A stretch of DNA of 11,987 nucleotides from a virus. Its lineage: Duplodnaviria; Heunggongvirae; Uroviricota; Caudoviricetes. Where the stretch lies: IMG/VR virus record IMGVR_UViG_2541047882_000002, positions 1 through 11,987 of that record; one strand, written 5' to 3'. A program made the translations under genes and the position numbers. Of this stretch, positions 7,436-11,987 are shown in pieces. Numbering within the stretch: the first letter of the stretch is position 1; each line of letters begins with the position of its first letter. The notes under the pieces were generated by a model, which was not told the DNA's origin, searched no databases, and saw nothing but the letters and a program-made list of their open reading frames with translations.

Positions 7436-7830
7436 TTTGGCGGCTCCTTTGGTTAATTTACGGAGTCTCGCCAGCACGCTGCTAAACATGGTGGCGGGAC
7501 GTAACAGGGTTAGCAGACTGGCACCAAAGAAACCAGCAGGCCTTACGGCCTCCCCATTACGCCCCGCCATAATACGGGAAAGGGTGGTATTACGGGCACA
7601 AAAAAACCGCATTACGGAAATATAGCGGCTACCCGCTTTGGTATTCAGGCTGCTAAACCCGGCACCCGTTTTGTGAGGTGCGGGCAAACGATACGCCATG
7701 ACAAAAAAGCGAGTCAAGCAATATTGCAAATTATTTTTGCGCGATTGCGCTGAGTGATTGATTTCTGTACGTAAAAAGATCATAATCATTCCCGAACTGT
7801 AGATTCATAGCGTTTTCTTTTGCTGATAAG
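7436..7830 (-). promoter_or_regulatory. Leader/regulatory region of the small-gene and primase operon, carrying repeated (C)ATTACGG(A) motifs
   Basis: Motif copies at 7457 (TTTACGGA), 7556 (CATTACGCC), 7589 (ATTACGG), 7610 (CATTACGGA); the same 9-mer recurs at 7869 and 10155. Promoter elements not confidently placed. Confidence 0.3.
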
Positions 7831-7864
7831 CGGCCCGATTTTCCTGCGGGCCGTTTTTCTTATC
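7825..7864. terminator. Strong hairpin between the cargo operon and the small-gene operon; orientation of action ambiguous
   Basis: CGGCCCG (7831-7837) / CGGGCCG (7847-7853) with outer GATAAG / CTTATC. T-run (TTTTTCTT) follows on the plus strand; the minus-strand 3' side is not U-rich. Confidence 0.4.
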
Positions 7865-7870
7865 CAGTCA

Positions 7871-8923
7871 TTACGGATTAAACGTAATCACCCCTTCATC
7901 CACCGCCGCATAAAGATTAACATCCGCCAGTCCATAGCCCTGATGACGCCATGCTCGCATGTTCAGGCGTTTGGTGTTTTCGTTCATGTCGAACTCTGTG
8001 CGGTAAGACCCTTCAATGATGTTAATCAGCAGGTTCGGGAGTGTGGTCACAGCCAGACGTTTACCCGGCATAAACGGCGGCACAAAGGCAAAATGCCCGG
8101 CAATGGTGCTTCCCCATGCGCTGGCGGCTTCGGTATCTCCTGCGCCGTTTGCGGTGCTGAAAAGACGCAGACGTTCGGCAGCTGCAAGTTCTGATCCCAC
8201 CATCACCACAAGGCGTGGATCGTTCTGCCACTGTGCGGGAATTTTCGTTTTAATCAGGTGCTGTGCCAGTGCATCCACCCCCGGAAAATCACCACCTGCG
8301 CCCAGCGTGATGGCCTCGCTGATAATCTGTCGCCCTTCGCTGGCCTTCCTGGCAATTTCATGCCAGCCGGGCGCAACATCCTCGCCGTTCGGGCTGGTGT
8401 CCGGTGTGGTGAAGGTTGCCGCTGACTTGCCGTTAAAGCCAATCCGCAGATCATCCAAGTAAATTTTGCTGGTCAGATAGCCACACAAAATCCCCAGCAG
8501 TGCATCGCGGTTTTTATCGTCATTCGCCACATTGGCCATCACAACCAGGTTAATCCAGTCGAGATATTCGCATGAGTCCATCTCATAGCATTCAATCGGA
8601 GAGCCTTTAATATCCATGGCTCGGCTAAAGCGTCCTTCCTCTGCGCGTCCGGTGGATAAGCGCGCATCACCAATCAGATTAATGGCGGACTGATGCGGAT
8701 TAACTGACAGGTATTTTATTTGCCCGGAGAGCCAGTTAGAGGGTGAAATAAAATGCACAAACGGATTTTTTTGTGTGTATGCGCTGATGCGTGCGTAAAG
8801 CTCTTTTTCTGCAAGCGCGCTATTAATGTCAGTTTCATTTTCGTTCACCGCCGGAGATGAAATATTAATATTTTCAAGCACGCTTCCGGCTTTATCTTTC
8901 AGGTCATTAATATTAAAAAACAT
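7871..8923 (-). CDS. Hypothetical protein, ~350 aa, second gene of the cargo operon; no recognisable domain
   Basis: ATG at 8923 (MFFNINDLKDK...) preceded by AAGGGGAAA; the upstream gene's TAA stop is 10 nt before it. Track ORF starts at 8995 but that would overlap the upstream gene by 62 nt. No Walker A or obvious catalytic signature. Confidence 0.7.
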   Translation of the reverse strand: MFFNINDLKDKAGSVLENINISSPAVNENETDINSALAEKELYARISAYTQKNPFVHFISPSNWLSGQIKYLSVNPHQSAINLIGDARLSTGRAEEGRFSRAMDIKGSPIECYEMDSCEYLDWINLVVMANVANDDKNRDALLGILCGYLTSKIYLDDLRIGFNGKSAATFTTPDTSPNGEDVAPGWHEIARKASEGRQIISEAITLGAGGDFPGVDALAQHLIKTKIPAQWQNDPRLVVMVGSELAAAERLRLFSTANGAGDTEAASAWGSTIAGHFAFVPPFMPGKRLAVTTLPNLLINIIEGSYRTEFDMNENTKRLNMRAWRHQGYGLADVNLYAAVDEGVITFNP

Positions 8924-8933
8924 ACATTTCCCC

Positions 8934-9809
8934 TTAAACAATATCTTTCTTTTCGGTATGTGCAGACAGCAAAGCAGTCGCTGCATCCCGTTCAATTCGT
9001 GGCATACTTATTCCGGTGTATTCCTGTAGCGTCATCGCATGGCGGATGGTTTCACTGCCGTTGCTGTAATAATGCTTCGTCAGAGTACGTAGTGCATCAT
9101 TAATATATTCCTGCCGTAAATGGTTGTATTTAGTCATTACTGAATAAGGAATGTGCTTAATTTCTTCATTACGCAAAGTGACAATAGCACTGACTGCCGA
9201 AATAATCCCCTTATAAAGACTGATGCGGCGCTCTATTTCCCGCTCCAGTCCGTCAAACGAAGCGGCAAAAATCCACGCATTATCGCTATCATGAGAAAGA
9301 TTTTTCCCTGTACCAATAAGGCGTATAGCTTGTTCACAGGCAGCGCGCGTCTTTTCGCAATTCCGTTTCTCATTTTCAAGCAGACGCATTTCATGCTCGA
9401 TAACGTCTTTTACTGAATACCGATCACCATAAGGGTTATCAGCACCCGTGGGCTGTAACGGAGCGTTACGCAATTCGCTGATTTTATTTTCCTGAGCAGT
9501 CACTTTATTTTCTGCTTCGCGGATTTTTTGCCGGATGCGTGTAATGGCAATATCGCAACCTTCCGCAATATCCCGCATCTCTTCATCACTGATTTTATGC
9601 ACTAACGGCAGGCAATACCCTGTAATATCGCAATATTCCTCGGCGTGTCTGTGCATGTATTTTGATGCAATGATATCAATCAGACGAATAACCAAAGAGA
9701 CTTCAGATTGTCCCTTTTGATATACAAAACTACGGGGCCACGATGCAATCGTGGTCATTTCCGGGCAGTTTTTAAAAACCGGAGTAATGTTTTTGATTAA
9801 GGTATTCAT
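8934..9809 (-). CDS. Hypothetical protein, 291 aa, first gene of the cargo operon; no recognisable domain
   Basis: ORF from ATG 9809 with only a weak purine-rich RBS. Charged, probably coiled-coil-rich central region (ENKVTAQENKISELRN..., EHEMRLLENEKRNCEKTRAACEQ). AT-rich: three 60-nt samples gave 47, 32 and 48 percent GC. Confidence 0.7.
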   Translation of the reverse strand: MNTLIKNITPVFKNCPEMTTIASWPRSFVYQKGQSEVSLVIRLIDIIASKYMHRHAEEYCDITGYCLPLVHKISDEEMRDIAEGCDIAITRIRQKIREAENKVTAQENKISELRNAPLQPTGADNPYGDRYSVKDVIEHEMRLLENEKRNCEKTRAACEQAIRLIGTGKNLSHDSDNAWIFAASFDGLEREIERRISLYKGIISAVSAIVTLRNEEIKHIPYSVMTKYNHLRQEYINDALRTLTKHYYSNGSETIRHAMTLQEYTGISMPRIERDAATALLSAHTEKKDIV

Positions 9810-9835
9810 TTTCTATTCTGTGAAGTTCTTAATAT

Positions 9836-9862
9836 CTGAAATATTCAGGCGCGTAGCGCGCC
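9836..9862 (-). terminator. Possible terminator/attenuator between alpA and the cargo operon
   Basis: Perfect palindrome GGCGCGTAGCGCGCC (9848-9862) plus CTGAA/TTCAG hairpin (9836-9848); minus-strand RNA continues UGAAUAUUUCAGAUAUU. Only ~26 nt remain before the gene A start, too little for an independent promoter. Confidence 0.35.
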
Positions 9863-9883
9863 ATGCTGGCTTAATGAAAATAA

Positions 9884-10105
9884 TTAAGCCTGAAAACGTT
9901 GTTGTTTTCTTTCTTCTAACCAATCAATAATTTCCTGCTCTACCCATGCAATTGAGCGAGGGCCAATTCTGATTGGTTTTGGAAAGGCTTCTGATCTTAT
10001 ATCTGCGTAAATTCGCGTTCTTGATTTTCCCGTCATTTCAATAACTTTAGGAAATCGTATTAGCTTTTGTGTCGGCCTGCTGCTGGAATGTGCATGTATT
10101 GACAT
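9884..10105 (-). CDS. alpA: AlpA-family (prophage CP4-57 type) HTH transcriptional regulator, 73 aa
   Basis: ATG at 10105 with AGGAGGG 5 nt upstream. Core LIRFPKVIEMTGKSRTRIYADIRSEAFPKPIRIGPRSIAWVEQEIIDWL matches the AlpA/Vis-type helix-turn-helix as recalled. Confidence 0.85.
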   Translation of the reverse strand: MSIHAHSSSRPTQKLIRFPKVIEMTGKSRTRIYADIRSEAFPKPIRIGPRSIAWVEQEIIDWLEERKQQRFQA

Positions 10106-10634
10106 CTCACCCTCCTGTCTACTCTGATGAGTTTTTTGTGTTAACTATGCAACCCATTACGGAACCTTTTGGTACTTCCTGGTTGCTTACGGCACATCGA
10201 AAATCATAAACAACGAAAAACGGATTTGTAAATCAGGCGGATTTTTAACAGGGGTTGACATAGGCGGTGAGATTTGTTCCATGCGTGATATATCCATCTG
10301 GAACCACTTTAAACCATCTGGAAGCGACAAATAACAACAAGTCAGTGCCAGAAAGGTTTGCTGGCTTACCCCTTAGGCACTAGGAAAGTCCTTTCTGGAC
10401 GGTGTAATGGCTTGCGAACGCTGAAATAGTGGGCTCTGAAAACAAAAAAAATAGTTGGAAGCGTGACACGCGTCAAAAAAATATATCGGTAAAACTGTTT
10501 GATTTTCTAATTTTTATCAAAAGCACTGGTTGTTAATTGAAAATATATTAAAAATCAAATGGATATAGCTGTTTTTGAGGCTAAAAATCACTAGGTGCTT
10601 TTAGTGGTGTCTTATTCTATTGATTTTCAAAGGC
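10106..10634. promoter_or_regulatory. alpA upstream regulatory region: CATTACGGA box, CCATCTGGAA direct repeats, inverted repeats and an AT-rich tract
   Basis: CATTACGGA at 10155-10163 and CTTACGG at 10186; CCATCTGGAA at 10294-10303 and 10314-10323; CCAGAAAGG (10349) / CCTTTCTGG (10390) inverted repeat; AT-rich 10440-10620. No ORF with a credible start. Confidence 0.4.
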
Positions 10635-10668
10635 AAAAAAATCGGCGTGTCCACATATTGTCCACGCC
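10635..10668 (-). terminator. Putative intrinsic terminator downstream of the P4-type integrase
   Basis: Minus-strand RNA: stem GGCGUG / CACGCC (10663-10668 / 10644-10649), 13 nt loop, then GAUUUUUUU (plus-strand A-run 10635-10641). The loop holds a GTCCAC(A) direct repeat. Confidence 0.45.
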
Positions 10669-10724
10669 TTGAGTTTAATTCAGTTTCTTGGGTTAGTTTG
10701 GTTTGTCGAGTTAGCGCCGTTAGT

Positions 10725-11987
10725 TCAGTCTGTTTCGTTGATCCACTTAAAATCATAGGGCGCGACATATGCCGTCTGGCAGGAGTCGAGATAATCAGCC
10801 CACCACTGCAACATCTGGCGACGCTCCTGCATGTGTTCAGCCCTGTGAATGTAAGCAGCACGAACGGTGTTTCTTTCCCTGTGGCTCATCTGGAGCTCGA
10901 CAGCTTCCCTTGTCCATATGCCTGATTCTGTCAGAGCGGAGCAGGCCATAGCCCTGAATCCATGACCGCAAATGTCTTCTTTTGTATCGTATCCTATGTG
11001 GCGTAACGCCTTGTTAATGGTGTTTTCGCTCATGGGCTTTATCTGGTAGTGGTCGCCGGGAAAAATCAACAATTCATCACCTGATATATTCCTTATATCT
11101 TCAAGAAGCTGCATTGCCTGAGTGGATAAAGGGATGGCGTGAGGGGTTCCCATTTTCGTTCCACGATATGAATATTTAACGCCTTCTATTTTTTCGCGCT
11201 CTGCGGGTATTACCCACATTGATTTATCAAAATCAATTTCATTCCATCGGGCAAAACGCAATTCACTTGAGCGAATAAAGACTAATAAATTTAACTTTAG
11301 CGCAAATTGCGTTAATAGCCGCCCGTTCATCTTGTGATGATAATTATCAATTTTTCCCAGCAATTCAGGCAATCGCTCAAGAGGGAGGGCAGGGCGATGA
11401 CGGGTTTTATTGGTTTCTATCGCACCGCCCAACTCCTGCGCTGGGTTGTATTTAATCATTCCGTTCTGGACAGCGTAACGCATGATTGCATTCATTCGCT
11501 GCTTGTTTCGTGATGCCGTCTCAAGTATCCCTTTATCCTCCATTTTGCGTAGAGGTAACAACAGATCCATGGTTGTAATTTCGTTAATTGGCCTTTTGCC
11601 AAGAATGGGGAAGACATGATTCTCCAGGTCTTTTAAAACTTTTTGTGCGTGTAGTTCGCTCCAGCCCTTTTTCCTGCGATGCCATTCTCTGGCGACATCT
11701 TCAAAAAGCACTATTTGGGGTTTTTGTGTGTACAGGGGATCAATGCCTTTAGCCAGACTTGCCAGATATTCATCGCGGGCGTTCCTGGCTTCTGCAAGCG
11801 TGACGGCCGGGTAAATACCCAAAGCGCGAGTTGTTTCTTTGCCGTTGATAACTTTGCGAAAGCGCCAGTATTTTGAGCCATTGGGGTGAACGTAGAGATA
11901 CAGGCCTTTACCGTCACGAAGTTTTTTAATTTTGTTGCTGTCTTTGTCTGGTCTGGCGTTACGCACAGCTAAATCAGTTAGTTTCAT
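10725..11987 (-). CDS. int: P4-type (CP4-57 IntA-like) tyrosine integrase, 420 aa
   Basis: N-terminus MKLTDLAVRNARPDKDSNKIKKLRDGKGLYLYVHPNGSKYWRFR is the typical P4-family arm-binding start; C-terminal HGFRAMACSALTE and LQMSHRERNTVRAAYIHRAEHMQERRQMLQ (catalytic Tyr). Start codon is at the window's last bases. Confidence 0.9.
   Translation of the reverse strand: MKLTDLAVRNARPDKDSNKIKKLRDGKGLYLYVHPNGSKYWRFRKVINGKETTRALGIYPAVTLAEARNARDEYLASLAKGIDPLYTQKPQIVLFEDVAREWHRRKKGWSELHAQKVLKDLENHVFPILGKRPINEITTMDLLLPLRKMEDKGILETASRNKQRMNAIMRYAVQNGMIKYNPAQELGGAIETNKTRHRPALPLERLPELLGKIDNYHHKMNGRLLTQFALKLNLLVFIRSSELRFARWNEIDFDKSMWVIPAEREKIEGVKYSYRGTKMGTPHAIPLSTQAMQLLEDIRNISGDELLIFPGDHYQIKPMSENTINKALRHIGYDTKEDICGHGFRAMACSALTESGIWTREAVELQMSHRERNTVRAAYIHRAEHMQERRQMLQWWADYLDSCQTAYVAPYDFKWINETD

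Larger units (their letters stand above)
1..11987. mobile_element. Interior of a P4-like satellite/integrative island (integrase, AlpA, cargo operon, primase-helicase, second integrase, Ogr/Delta-like activator)
   Basis: Gene content and order. P4-type integrase N-terminus at 11987 with no att or tRNA visible, so the boundary lies outside the window. Inference from family knowledge, not from a search. Confidence 0.6.

Noticed and set aside
8016-8462. Plus-strand 148 aa ORF and minus-strand 66 aa ORF overlapping the 350 aa cargo gene
   Set aside because: Antisense or alternative-frame overlaps within a longer coupled gene; Arg/Ala/Ser-rich translation typical of out-of-frame reading of GC-rich DNA.
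8934-9809. HEPN-like R-x5-H (RNEEIKH) in the 291 aa protein and Walker-A-like GFNGKS in the 350 aa protein
   Set aside because: Single short matches without the surrounding context; the GFNGKS spacing does not fit G-x4-G-K-[ST]. Too weak to assign a function.
10255-10283. Plus-strand TTGACA hexamer as a promoter in the int-alpA gap
   Set aside because: No acceptable -10 element at 16-19 bp (TCCATG only), and no plus-strand gene downstream.
10649-10667. GTCCAC(A) direct repeat in the integrase terminator loop as an integrase arm-type site (reverse complement resembles a P2 Int arm consensus as I recall it)
   Set aside because: My recollection of the consensus is uncertain and no similar sites occur next to the P2-type integrase at 2330-2580; recorded only as a loop feature.
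10601-10951. ORFs 10601-10861 (minus), 10620-10925 (plus) and 10769-10951 (plus) overlapping the integrase 3' end
   Set aside because: Out-of-frame or antisense overlaps of the well-supported integrase; the region also holds the integrase terminator hairpin.
1-11987. tRNA or att core expected next to the P4-type integrase
   Set aside because: No tRNA-like cloverleaf was recognised in the window; the integrase 5' end is at the window edge, so any tRNA/attL lies outside the sequence given.

Overview
This window looks like the interior of a P4-like (satellite-type) integrative element, with almost all genes on the minus strand. From right to left: a P4-type tyrosine integrase whose start codon sits at the window edge (att/tRNA presumably beyond 11987), an AlpA-family regulator, a two-gene operon of unrecognisable proteins (291 aa and 350 aa) in the integrase-proximal cargo position, five small tightly coupled ORFs, a primase-helicase translationally coupled to a second P2-type tyrosine integrase, a dense array of GTAACC/GGTTAC motifs bounded by ~38 bp inverted repeats, and an Ogr/Delta-type zinc-finger activator. 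On the plus strand there is a 48-codon hok/gef-family toxin ORF (missed by the ORF track) and an unidentified 169 aa gene. The most interesting candidate is the two-gene cargo operon, a possible undescribed accessory or anti-phage system. All protein-family calls are from reading motifs by eye and recalled family features; no database search was run.
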